Of a DNA stretch of 32,000 nucleotides, positions 24,275 through 32,000 are shown piece by piece. Numbering within the stretch: position 1 is the stretch's first letter; the number at the start of each line of letters is the position of its first letter. The notes under the pieces were generated by a model. The model worked only from the letters and a program-made list of their open reading frames with translations. It made no database searches and was not told where the DNA came from. The stretch spans positions 2,145,622 through 2,177,621 of the forward strand of contig CP113000.1 in NCBI GenBank assembly GCA_026625185.1, in the 5' to 3' direction. This DNA is from Thermodesulfobacteriota bacterium. Its GTDB lineage: Bacteria > Desulfobacterota > WTBG01 > JAGOGO01. Both the position numbers and the translations under genes were made by a program.

Positions 24275-27200
24275 GCAACATTCTCCTTAAACAGCGCGCT
24301 TGATTTAGTAATAATCTGTTCATCCTTAAAATGCTGCAGTTGGATTGCCTTGCCCGGACATTCAGCCGCACAGGAGCCACAGCCCTGACATAGGGCCACA
24401 TCAATCTGCGCTACTCCCTGCTCATTGATAAAGGGCACCTTATAGGGACAAACGCGAACACAGGTAAGGCACGCCGCACATTTTTTTTCCTCGACCTGAG
24501 CCACGATTCCACTTACCATAATCGTATCATGAGCGAGAATGGTGCAGGCCCGCGAAACCGCAGCCTTGGCCTGAGAAAGGCTTTCATCTAATGGTTTAGG
24601 CGAATGCGCCAGACCACACAAAAATATTCCTTCAGTAGCAAAATCAACCGGTCTCAATTTCATATGAGCTTCAAGGAAGAAATTTTCCTGCGTGCGCTGT
24701 AACTTCATTAAAGTAGCGAGTTCTTCATTGTCCCGGGGGATAATGCCGCTGCTTAAGATAAGCAGATCGGAATTGATAACGATGGTCTCTCTTAAAGAAG
24801 GATCAAAGACTGAAACCCGAAGGCTTTCTTTTTCGAGACTTGTCTCGGGCTTATTGTCTAAGTCATACCGGATAAAGATTACTCCTGCTTTCCGGGCTTT
24901 TGTGTAGTAGTCCTCCAGAAAACCATAGGTGCGAATATCACGGTAGATAATATAGATATGCGCATTCGGATTTATTTCTTTAATTTTAAGAGCATTTTTA
25001 ATCGCACTGCTGCAACAAATTCGGCTACAATAAGGTCGCTCAGGGATTCGCGAACCCACACATTGAATCATTACTATTTCTTGGAGGTCTTTAGGGTCAA
25101 TCTCTTTATGAACAATCCTCCCTTCGAGTTCGTGTTGAGTCATAATGCGCTCGTCGTGACCATAAAAGTATTCTTTCGGCTTATATTCTTCTCCACCGGT
25201 AGCAATTATCGTTACCCCGTGTTCTATCTTACGGTAAGCCATTCCAGGGCCGGACATAATACCGGTTTTAAAATTTCCCTTAAAACCACCGGCATCCACA
25301 ATCACCCCATTCAGGATTATCTGTATAAGAGGGTGATTGTGTACCTTTTCGATCAGAGAATGCATAAACTCCTGAACATTATTCCCATGGATGGTGTAGT
25401 AGAGGTCACGGAGGTTTCCTCCCAATTGTTTTTCTTTTTCCACCAGAACAACTTCAAATCCTTGATCGGCCAACCCTAATGCTGCGGTCATTCCCGCAGC
25501 ACCACCTCCAACCACGAGCGCTCTTTTATTAATTTTCAGTTCTTGTTCATGCAATGGTTCCGTTAAGCTGGCTTTGGCGATGGCCATCCGTACCAGGTTT
25601 TTGGCTTTTTCGGTAGCTTCCTTCTTTTTGTCCATATGCACCCACGAGCACTGATCCCTGATATTCGCCATTTCAAAAAGGTATTTATTAAGCCCCGCGT
25701 CCCGTATCGTTTCTTGAAAGAGGGGTTCATGCGTCCGGGGTGAACAGGAGGCAACCACCACCCGGTTAAGTTGCTTTTCTTGGATAACTTCTCTGATTTT
25801 GGCTTGGTTGTCCTGTGAACAGGTATAAAGGTTTTCCTCCACATACACGATATGGGGAAGGGTTTTTGCGTATTCCTTCACTGAGGGGACATCCACGATA
25901 CCACCAATATTGATTCCGCAATGGCAGATAAAAACTCCAATTCGTGGTTCTTCGCCGGCAATACTTTGTTCAGGGGGTAACTCCTTTATAGTTACTAATT
26001 CACCCCGGGCACTAGAGATAATCTCCGAGGCAAAGGCAGCCGCTCCACTTGCCTGGGAGACGGTTTCGGGGATATCTTTGGGCGACTGGAAAGTGCCGCA
26101 AACATAAACCCCCGGTCGTGACGTCTCCATGGGACTTAAAGAAGCAGTTTGGCAGAAGCTATACGGAGTGAGTTTGATGCCGAGCGTTTGTGCCAAGTTT
26201 CGCGATTTTTCTGAAGCACTCATGCCAAGAGAAAGCACGACCAGCTCAAACTCCTCTTCAACTATTTTTCCGCCTTCATCAACATAGGCAATCAGAAGGT
26301 TTTTAGATTTAGGACGTTCTATGATCTTTGATATCTGGCACCTAATAAAACGGACGCCGTAATCATCACGGGCTCTTTCATAGTACTGGTCGAACCCTTT
26401 GCCATGCGCCCTAATGTCCATATAGAAAATGGTGGGTCTAACTTCAGGGTCGTGCTCGCGGGCAATAATGGCTTCTTTGGTGGCATACATGCAGCATACC
26501 GAAGAACAATAACCTTTGTTGATAGAAGGGTCCCGGGAGCCGACACACTGTATCCAGGCAATACGCTTCGGCTCAGCATGATCTGAAGGACGACAGATAT
26601 GTCCCTGAAAAGGGCCAGAGGCCGAGAGAATCCTTTCAAACTCTAGACTGGTGAGTACATTCTGATACCGGCCATAACCATACTCACCTCTCACCTCTGG
26701 ATTTGTGAGTTGATAACCCGGAGCGAGAATAATAGAACCAACCTGGATATCGAGTTTCTGGTCTGTCTGGGAAAAATCAATGGCTTTCGCAGGGCAGAGC
26801 TTCTCACACGCGCGGCATTTCCCCTTTTGAAAATAAATACACATATCCTTGTCTATAACAGGAATGTTTGGTATCGCCTGAAGATAAGGTACATAGATCG
26901 CTTTTCGCGTCCCCATACCTTGCTCAAATTCACTGAGGGTTTTCTGGGGACACTTCTCTTGGCACGTGCCACATCCGGTGCATAATGATTCATTGACATA
27001 CCGAGCATGTTTTAATATCTTCGCACTCATATTGCCTGGTTCACCCTGAATGTCTAACAGTTCGGAATAGGTGAGAAGTTCGATATTTGGATGTCGTCCG
27101 CATTCCACAAGCTTAGGTGATAAGATGCACATAGCGCAATCATTGGTGGGAAATGTCTTATCCAGTTGGGCCATTCTCCCCCCAATGGCCGGACTTTCTT

Positions 27201-27333
27201 CAACCATATAGACCTTAAATCCACTGTTGGCTAAATCGAGTGAAGCTTGGATACTACCCACACCACCCCCTACCAGGAGTACTGCACCGACCGGGGTTTT
27301 TTGATTTTGCTGCGTTACTATTTGTTGCTTCAT
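24271..27333 (-). CDS. hdrA: Large HdrA-like flavoprotein (about 1020 aa) with two FAD/NAD Rossmann modules
   Basis: aa numbering follows the 1024-aa ORF-track translation from GTG 27345. It has GGGVGS (aa 26-31) followed by LDKTFPTNDCAMCILSPK, and an inserted 2x[4Fe-4S] ferredoxin (CTGCGTCQEKCP, CRACEKLCP). CVGSRD...YCSSVCC is at aa 267-285. The HdrA N-domain-like VFICHCGINIGG is at aa 471. A second GGGAAG is at aa 613-618 and a second CVGSRIPERPYCSRICC at aa 762-778. The C-terminal ferredoxin is CAACLTCVRVCP and CQGCGSCAAECP. The start is ATG 27333 or GTG 27345. Confidence 0.85.
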   Translation of the reverse strand: MKQQIVTQQNQKTPVGAVLLVGGGVGSIQASLDLANSGFKVYMVEESPAIGGRMAQLDKTFPTNDCAMCILSPKLVECGRHPNIELLTYSELLDIQGEPGNMSAKILKHARYVNESLCTGCGTCQEKCPQKTLSEFEQGMGTRKAIYVPYLQAIPNIPVIDKDMCIYFQKGKCRACEKLCPAKAIDFSQTDQKLDIQVGSIILAPGYQLTNPEVRGEYGYGRYQNVLTSLEFERILSASGPFQGHICRPSDHAEPKRIAWIQCVGSRDPSINKGYCSSVCCMYATKEAIIAREHDPEVRPTIFYMDIRAHGKGFDQYYERARDDYGVRFIRCQISKIIERPKSKNLLIAYVDEGGKIVEEEFELVVLSLGMSASEKSRNLAQTLGIKLTPYSFCQTASLSPMETSRPGVYVCGTFQSPKDIPETVSQASGAAAFASEIISSARGELVTIKELPPEQSIAGEEPRIGVFICHCGINIGGIVDVPSVKEYAKTLPHIVYVEENLYTCSQDNQAKIREVIQEKQLNRVVVASCSPRTHEPLFQETIRDAGLNKYLFEMANIRDQCSWVHMDKKKEATEKAKNLVRMAIAKASLTEPLHEQELKINKRALVVGGGAAGMTAALGLADQGFEVVLVEKEKQLGGNLRDLYYTIHGNNVQEFMHSLIEKVHNHPLIQIILNGVIVDAGGFKGNFKTGIMSGPGMAYRKIEHGVTIIATGGEEYKPKEYFYGHDERIMTQHELEGRIVHKEIDPKDLQEIVMIQCVGSRIPERPYCSRICCSSAIKNALKIKEINPNAHIYIIYRDIRTYGFLEDYYTKARKAGVIFIRYDLDNKPETSLEKESLRVSVFDPSLRETIVINSDLLILSSGIIPRDNEELATLMKLQRTQENFFLEAHMKLRPVDFATEGIFLCGLAHSPKPLDESLSQAKAAVSRACTILAHDTIMVSGIVAQVEEKKCAACLTCVRVCPYKVPFINEQGVAQIDVALCQGCGSCAAECPGKAIQLQHFKDEQIITKSSALFKENVA

Positions 27334-27396
27334 TCCTCTTAACACTTTTTTTAAGGTTTAAACTTTTAAAAACCTTGAAACCCGACAATGAACCCG

Positions 27397-28251
27397 TCAC
27401 ATTAGTTGCTTTGCTTTCAATAAAGGCCGAGGATCCGTGAGATGACGGCGAAACCATCTTTGCGTACCTTTAAGACCCAAGGCTAATCCCAAAAGTTCAG
27501 TAAAATAAAAAACCGGAAGGTTATAGGTAATCCCCTTAGCCTTTCCAATTTCTTCCTGACGAGTATCCAGATTAGCCAGGCAGAGCGGGCAGGCAGTGAC
27601 AATGCAGTCAGCTTCTGCTTCTCGCGCCATATCGAGAATCCGGCCAATCAATCTCCGAACAATATCAAGGTTGGTTAATAGTAAACTACCGCCGCAGCAT
27701 TCGGTCTTATACGGCCAAAAAATACTCTCTCCTCCCATTAAAGAGATTAAATTATCCAGAGCTTGAGGATCTTCCCAATTCTTGGCATCAGTAATCTGGG
27801 GAGGCCGGACGATAAGGCAGCCATAATAACTCACTACCTTTAAGTTTGAAAGGGGGCGTTTGACCTGGTCTTTTATTATCTCGATTAAATCTTCTCGGGA
27901 GAAAAACTCTAGGAGGTGTAGAACTTTGATCTCTCCCCTAAACGGGGTAGAAGCATCTATTTCTTTAGATTCTTTGGTGAGAGCTTTTTCTGCGGCTTTG
28001 AGACGGCTAAAACAGGCTGCGCAAGGAGTAACTAGATCGTGTTTGAGCTTTTCAGCTAATAATAAATTTCTTGCCGGAAGGCTGACAGAAAGAAACTCAT
28101 TAATACAATGGGCAGCGCTTGCTCCGCAACAGGTCCAGCCGGGTAATTCTTCGAGTTTGATGCCGAGAAAAGAAGAAACTACATCAATTGATTCACCGTA
28201 TTCTCGAGCTGTTCCTTCCAGGGAGCAGCCAGGAAAGAAAGAAGCTTTCAT
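27397..28251 (-). CDS. hdrB: HdrB-like subunit (two CCG domains)
   Basis: MKASFFPGCSLEGTA...WTCCGAS in the first CCG domain and VSYYGCLIVRP...TECCGGS...TACPLC in the second. The product is 284 aa. Its ATG overlaps the hdrC stop. Confidence 0.85.
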   Translation of the reverse strand: MKASFFPGCSLEGTAREYGESIDVVSSFLGIKLEELPGWTCCGASAAHCINEFLSVSLPARNLLLAEKLKHDLVTPCAACFSRLKAAEKALTKESKEIDASTPFRGEIKVLHLLEFFSREDLIEIIKDQVKRPLSNLKVVSYYGCLIVRPPQITDAKNWEDPQALDNLISLMGGESIFWPYKTECCGGSLLLTNLDIVRRLIGRILDMAREAEADCIVTACPLCLANLDTRQEEIGKAKGITYNLPVFYFTELLGLALGLKGTQRWFRRHLTDPRPLLKAKQLM

Positions 28252-28850
28252 GATTTCTTATGTTCCTTGGCCTGGTCAAAAAGTTTACGTAATTCTTCTA
28301 CCCCTTTTTTTGAGGGGGGCAATAATTTTAACTTGCCCCGGAGAAACATTTTTATTCCTAACCGCAGGTCATTTTTCCATTCTCCGCTCTTGATCGTATC
28401 ACTAATACCACCGCTTTGTCGGAGAAAATTGGTCAGCAGAGATAGCTCATGAATGCGGCCGAACTTTTTTATGGTATTGAGGAATGTTCTATGAAAAATA
28501 GGAACCTTTGGCTCTTTTGCCTCGGTTCCGCTCTCAACCTGGATTTGTCTTAGGACATCCATCACTTTGGCAATATCAATCTCGTTCGGGCAGCGGGTGG
28601 TACAGGTTTCACAGGAAGCGCAGATCCAGATGGTCCGGGAAGACAAAGCTTTCTCCCTTTGTAGTAACAAGACTGACCTTATGACCTGATGGGGAAGAAG
28701 GTCCATGACAAAAGCTACCGGGCAACCTGCCGAGCACTTGCAACATTGATAACAGCTGAAGATTGCTTCTCCTAATGCTTCAACGACCAGATCTCGAAAT
28801 CGGGTATCTCGGTTTACGGTAACGGGTAAAGAAATCAGCTTGGTTTCCAT
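28248..28850 (-). CDS. hdrC: HdrC-like subunit (2 x [4Fe-4S] ferredoxin)
   Basis: Cys motifs are CYQCCKCSAGCPV and CASCETCTTRCPNEID. The product is 200 aa. Confidence 0.85.
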   Translation of the reverse strand: METKLISLPVTVNRDTRFRDLVVEALGEAIFSCYQCCKCSAGCPVAFVMDLLPHQVIRSVLLLQREKALSSRTIWICASCETCTTRCPNEIDIAKVMDVLRQIQVESGTEAKEPKVPIFHRTFLNTIKKFGRIHELSLLTNFLRQSGGISDTIKSGEWKNDLRLGIKMFLRGKLKLLPPSKKGVEELRKLFDQAKEHKKS

Positions 28851-28867
28851 TCTTACGTCCTTTTAAA

Positions 28868-28948
28868 CACGGCTTCGTAAAAAGTGCATCTGCGCGGCTT
28901 GAATCTGAAGCTTTTTACGGTGCCGTCTTTCAACTTTTTACGGCTTCA
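28868..28948 (-). promoter_or_regulatory. Structured intercistronic segment with one CGTAAAAAG and two CTTTTTACG copies, giving mutually exclusive hairpins
   Basis: On the plus strand, cgtaaaaag is at 28876-84, and ctttttacg is at 28911-19 and 28934-42. gaagc (28907-11) pairs with gcttc (28943-47). The segment lies between the MTHFR-paralogue stop (28949) and the hdrC start (28850). Confidence 0.4.
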
Positions 28949-29821
28949 TTAACTTTCTACCTGGTCCAAAACCGGTGCAAGTTTTTCCTCCTCACCAATG
29001 GCCACCAGCAATACACCTCGACAGAGGTGTTTCAGCTTTTGGATGGTTTCCGCGGCGATAGCAATCCCTTCTTTGATCTTGTCCGGGGCTTTCCCCATGC
29101 GGTCAATTATTTCTTCCGGAATCACCACACCCTCAATATGGCGGGACATAAACCGGGCCATTCCCACTGATTTGAGGACAATGACCTGGGGAAAGACCGG
29201 GACTTTAAAAGGAGATACTTTTTTCAAGAAATTTTCAAAAAGGTTCAAATCATACAAAGGAGGGGTAAAAAAATAATTTGCACCGGCTTTGATTTTTTTT
29301 TCCATTCCGAGAATTTCCAATTCCAGCGCTCCTCTTTGTAATCCCGCATTTACTTCTGATCCCACGCAAAAAATAGGGATTCCTGAGAGTTCATTGCCGA
29401 TCAAGTCGGTCCCTTTCTGGAATTTCTTGATAGCCTCTAATAAAGCAATTTCATCGAGGTCATGTACCGGCTTCGCCTCAATGTGGTCACCACTGGTAAT
29501 TTCATCTCCCTTACTGATCAAAAGATTTTTTAAACCCAAAGAAAAAGCGCTGAGAAGATCGGCTTGGAGCGCCAGACGGTTACGATCGCGGCAATGGAAA
29601 TTTACGATGGGTTCTAACCCTTTTTGTTTTAAGAGAACCGAAGCACCAAGTGAACCCATCCTCATTATAGCTCCGCTTAGTTCCGGCACTAACACCGCAT
29701 GGACTCTTCCTTTAAGGGAGTCGGCGGATCGCACGAGTTGAGCGGTGTCGATCCCCTTGGGTGGTTCTAACTGGGCGATGATTAAAAACTGGTTGGAATC
29801 TAACAGGCTTTCAAAATGCAT
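28949..29821 (-). CDS. Second, divergent MTHFR-family (MetF-like) protein
   Basis: It is collinear with metF at 22030-22956: QLEPPKG vs SECGPPRG, FHCRDRNR vs MVTRDRNR, LKNLLISKGD vs INNILCLSGD, VHDLD vs VYDLD, and AGANYFFTPPLYD vs AGAQFIQTQCIYN. ATG 29821 (MHFESLL) has GGAAGGAG upstream. Confidence 0.75.
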   Translation of the reverse strand: MHFESLLDSNQFLIIAQLEPPKGIDTAQLVRSADSLKGRVHAVLVPELSGAIMRMGSLGASVLLKQKGLEPIVNFHCRDRNRLALQADLLSAFSLGLKNLLISKGDEITSGDHIEAKPVHDLDEIALLEAIKKFQKGTDLIGNELSGIPIFCVGSEVNAGLQRGALELEILGMEKKIKAGANYFFTPPLYDLNLFENFLKKVSPFKVPVFPQVIVLKSVGMARFMSRHIEGVVIPEEIIDRMGKAPDKIKEGIAIAAETIQKLKHLCRGVLLVAIGEEEKLAPVLDQVES

Positions 29822-29857
29822 AATAGCTCCTTCCCTTTGTGTGGGACGCATTACCAA

Positions 29858-30244
29858 TCAACGCGTCACGGGCCTCTCGATGGCATTTTGTACTGCTAAT
29901 AATAACTCTTCCGTACCAAAGGATTTTACGTGGTAGTAAAAAGGTTTCTGACGAAGGATACGGACTTCGAGATCAGGCGTGTTGTGGGTGGACGTAATGA
30001 TAATCGGCAAACCAGGCTCAAGTTCTTTTATAATTGCAACGGCTACATCCCAGGCCATGTCTTTCACGTCTACGTCAAAGACCAAAACGGAAATATGTTC
30101 TTTTTGAATGGTGCGAATAGATTCTAAGGCTTGGTCGGTTGTATTCGTGATCAACCCATCCTTTCGTAAGATCAAGTAGATTTTTTTCGCTAGTTTTTTG
30201 TCAGGCTCAACAATAAGAATTTTTTTTCTTTCCATTCCATCCAT
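29858..30244 (-). CDS. Orphan receiver-domain protein with an atypical acidic pocket; first gene of the operon
   Basis: KKILIVEPDKKL has E-P-D where D-D is usual. A phospho-acceptor-like VLVFDVDV, IIITSTH (conserved T/S) and YHVKSF (conserved K) are present. The product is about 128 aa with no output domain. Confidence 0.65.
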   Translation of the reverse strand: MDGMERKKILIVEPDKKLAKKIYLILRKDGLITNTTDQALESIRTIQKEHISVLVFDVDVKDMAWDVAVAIIKELEPGLPIIITSTHNTPDLEVRILRQKPFYYHVKSFGTEELLLAVQNAIERPVTR

Positions 30245-30553
30245 CACACGTGACGATTACTGGCAAATTTGAGGGTTGTAATTTTTTTCAGCTGGAGTTT
30301 TTAATAAGAAGTAAACCAAAAATCATACCAACACCTAAGATAAGTATAAAAACTGGTGATGGAGAAATAAAGTTAATAGATTAAGTATGTTAAACGGAAA
30401 AAAAGAAAAATAAAAAGAAGAAGGGATCACTATTTTATTTGGGATAAGGGTAAAATAGCCACACGAAATTGTAAGTATCAATTAATATATTGAAATAATT
30501 GCAAATAATAAAAACAGGGAGAATAGTAACAATGGGGAAAAATTACCCAGGAT

Positions 30554-31918
30554 TTACCCTAATTCATATTTTTTTATTTTAGCATAGAGAGTCTTTCGGT
30601 CAATACCGAGTAAGGATGCAGCATTTCCCTTATGGCCTTTGGTTTCGTTAAGCACCATCATGATGTGGTGTTTTTCTATCGCTTCGAGATGATAATCATT
30701 CTGGGAGATAGGCAAAAATCTGGGAGTTCGTTTGGCTTTTATCCCGGGAAAGTTTCGGGGGAATAAGGTAGCTCCATCCTCCAAAATAAGTGCTCTTTCA
30801 ATAGCGTTTTCCAGTTCGCGAGCATTACCCGGCCAGTCATAATACATCAAAAGCTGGATCGTCTCAGGTGCGACCTGAGTAACCGGAATCTTCCGTTTTT
30901 TATTATACTTTTGCAAGAAATGGTTTACTAACAAAGGGATATCTTCTTTTCTTTCCCTTAACGGGGGAATATGGATGGGAAAAACATTGAGGCGATAATA
31001 AAGGTCCTCACGAAAAGTTTTTCGGGCAATGGCCTGTTTGAGGTCCTGATTGGTAGCAGCAATGATCCGGACATCTACTCTGAGGGTTTTTTCGCTTCCC
31101 ACGGGTTTCACTTCTTTCTCTTGTATCACCCGGAGTAGTTTCGCTTGGGTATCAAGGCTAAGATTTCCAATTTCATCAAAAAAAAATGTCCCGCCGTTTG
31201 CTAACTCAAAACTGCCATATTTGGTCTGAATCGCGCCGGTGAAAGAGCCTTTGACATGGCCGAAAAGTTCGCTTTCCAATAAAGTTTCAACGAGGGCGGA
31301 ACAGTCCACGGTGATGAATTCCTTGTCTTGCCTTAAACTATACGTATGGACTGCTCGAGCAATAAGTTCTTTACCGGTGCCGCTTTCACCGGTAACTAAG
31401 ACGGTACTGTCGGTGGGAGCAGTCCTCCGGACCAGTTCATAGATGTTCCTCATCACTTCACTCTGACCAACAATTACGTCCGCTTCATTTTTTGCTTTTA
31501 ATTGCCGGCGGAGTTGAAGATTTTCAGTTAGAAGGCTTTTTCTTTCTAATGCGCGGTTAATGGCTACCCGGAGGACATTAGGAGTAAAAGGCTTGGTGAT
31601 GTAATCATAAGCGCCCAGTTTTATTGCCTTTACGGCAGAATCAATTGAGGGGTACCCGGTTACGATTAAAATCGTTATTGCTGAATCCATTTCTTTGAGG
31701 CGTCTCAGCGTCTCAATGCCGCCGATGCCCGGCATTTTTATGTCGAGCAGGACAATATCGAAAGATTCACGGTCAAACTTTTCAATTGCTTCCTCTCCCG
31801 AAGAAGCAGTTTGGACTTCATACCCTTCTTTGGTTAAAATGCGGGAAAGGCTGTCCTGCATGATCTTTTCGTCATCAACAACCAGGACTTGAATAGTATC
31901 TTCTGAATTTTGTTTCAC
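30554..31918 (-). CDS. Sigma-54-dependent response regulator (NtrC/AtoC class): REC, AAA+ and Fis-type HTH
   Basis: The REC domain is VLVVDDEKIM...VLLDIKMPGIGG...KPF. The AAA+ domain has GESGTGKE, ESELFGHVKGSFTGA (a GAFTGA-loop variant), GGTFFFDEIG and RIIAATN. The HTH is AASLLGIDRKTLYAKIKKY. Confidence 0.9.
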   Translation of the reverse strand: MKQNSEDTIQVLVVDDEKIMQDSLSRILTKEGYEVQTASSGEEAIEKFDRESFDIVLLDIKMPGIGGIETLRRLKEMDSAITILIVTGYPSIDSAVKAIKLGAYDYITKPFTPNVLRVAINRALERKSLLTENLQLRRQLKAKNEADVIVGQSEVMRNIYELVRRTAPTDSTVLVTGESGTGKELIARAVHTYSLRQDKEFITVDCSALVETLLESELFGHVKGSFTGAIQTKYGSFELANGGTFFFDEIGNLSLDTQAKLLRVIQEKEVKPVGSEKTLRVDVRIIAATNQDLKQAIARKTFREDLYYRLNVFPIHIPPLRERKEDIPLLVNHFLQKYNKKRKIPVTQVAPETIQLLMYYDWPGNARELENAIERALILEDGATLFPRNFPGIKAKRTPRFLPISQNDYHLEAIEKHHIMMVLNETKGHKGNAASLLGIDRKTLYAKIKKYELG

Positions 31919-31923
31919 AGCGC

Positions 31924-32000
31924 TTATTCCTGAAATTTTTCGAACGCAATGGGAAGGATTATTTTAAAGGTAGCTCCTTTTCCTGATGCGCTCTCAACCT
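31924..32000 (-). CDS. 3' end of a sensor histidine kinase gene, truncated by the window edge
   Basis: The reverse strand reads VESASGKGATFKIILPIAFEKFQE-stop, which is the typical end of HATPase_c (G-x-G-[ST]-x-F-x-[ILF]-x-LP). The stop lies 5 nt before the regulator ATG. Confidence 0.6.
   Translation of the reverse strand, partial: VESASGKGATFKIILPIAFEKFQE

Noticed and set aside
24135-24404. An 89-aa ORF on the minus strand spanning the hdrA/mvhD junction.
   Set aside because: It is out of frame with both real genes. It overlaps the well-supported hdrA C-terminal ferredoxin and the mvhD N-terminus, and it has no motifs.
8312-29741. Many long antisense ORFs, including 8312-8638, 8729-9085, 14841-15326, 20594-21094, 24958-25479, 27860-28393 and 29289-29741.
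   Set aside because: They are shadow ORFs opposite strongly supported genes. They have low-complexity or Arg/Ser/Pro-rich composition, no SDs and no recognisable motifs.
30248-30553. A sigma-54 promoter for the Hdr/MetF operon next to the EBP gene.
   Set aside because: No GG-N10-GC match was found on the minus strand. TTGGTATGATTTTTGG (complement of about 30316-30331) has GG at the -12 position. The TTGCA near 30498-30502 has no GG at -24.
1-32000. tRNA, rRNA or other classical RNA genes, and integrase or transposase genes marking the GC-rich cassette.
   Set aside because: I could find no cloverleaf-like or rRNA-like sequence, and no recombinase ORF, by reading the intergenic regions. This is a manual check, so small RNAs cannot be excluded.

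Overview
This is a gene-dense bacterial window from an anaerobe that carries sulfite-reduction and Wood-Ljungdahl-type redox modules. Phylum cannot be assigned from sequence alone. All calls rest on motif reading and synteny, with no database searches.

Left to right:
- 1-610: a DUF559 (Vsr-like) endonuclease gene with an in-frame TAA, bracketed by arrays of C-rich/G-rich hairpin repeats.
- 645-1664: a TPR protein followed by a strong terminator.
- 1855-4884: a visibly GC-richer 3-gene glycosylation cassette (GT-C-like membrane transferase, GT2, SDR epimerase/dehydratase).
- 5255-11360: a 5-gene Opp/Dpp-type ABC importer whose intergenic gaps hold the same hairpin repeats.
- 12044-17551 (minus): a tightly coupled RsbRD_N-like gene plus dsrMKJOP operon.
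- 17552-18279: a 728-bp regulatory gap containing a textbook sigma-54 promoter (TGGCAC-N5-TTGC) with an IHF-consensus site and an upstream palindrome.
- 18280-19924: uncharacterised lipoprotein genes driven by that promoter, one broken by an in-frame TAG.
- 19973-21862 (minus): a CheY-like receiver and a hybrid histidine kinase.
- 22030-30244 (minus): an operon of orphan receiver, MTHFR paralogue, hdrC, hdrB, a 1020-aa doubled hdrA, mvhD, metV and metF.
- 30554-32000 (minus): a sigma-54 enhancer-binding response regulator and the 3' end of its kinase.

The best hidden signal is in mvhD. It is truncated in the ORF track because it contains an in-frame UGA at a conserved Cys position, which is a probable selenocysteine.
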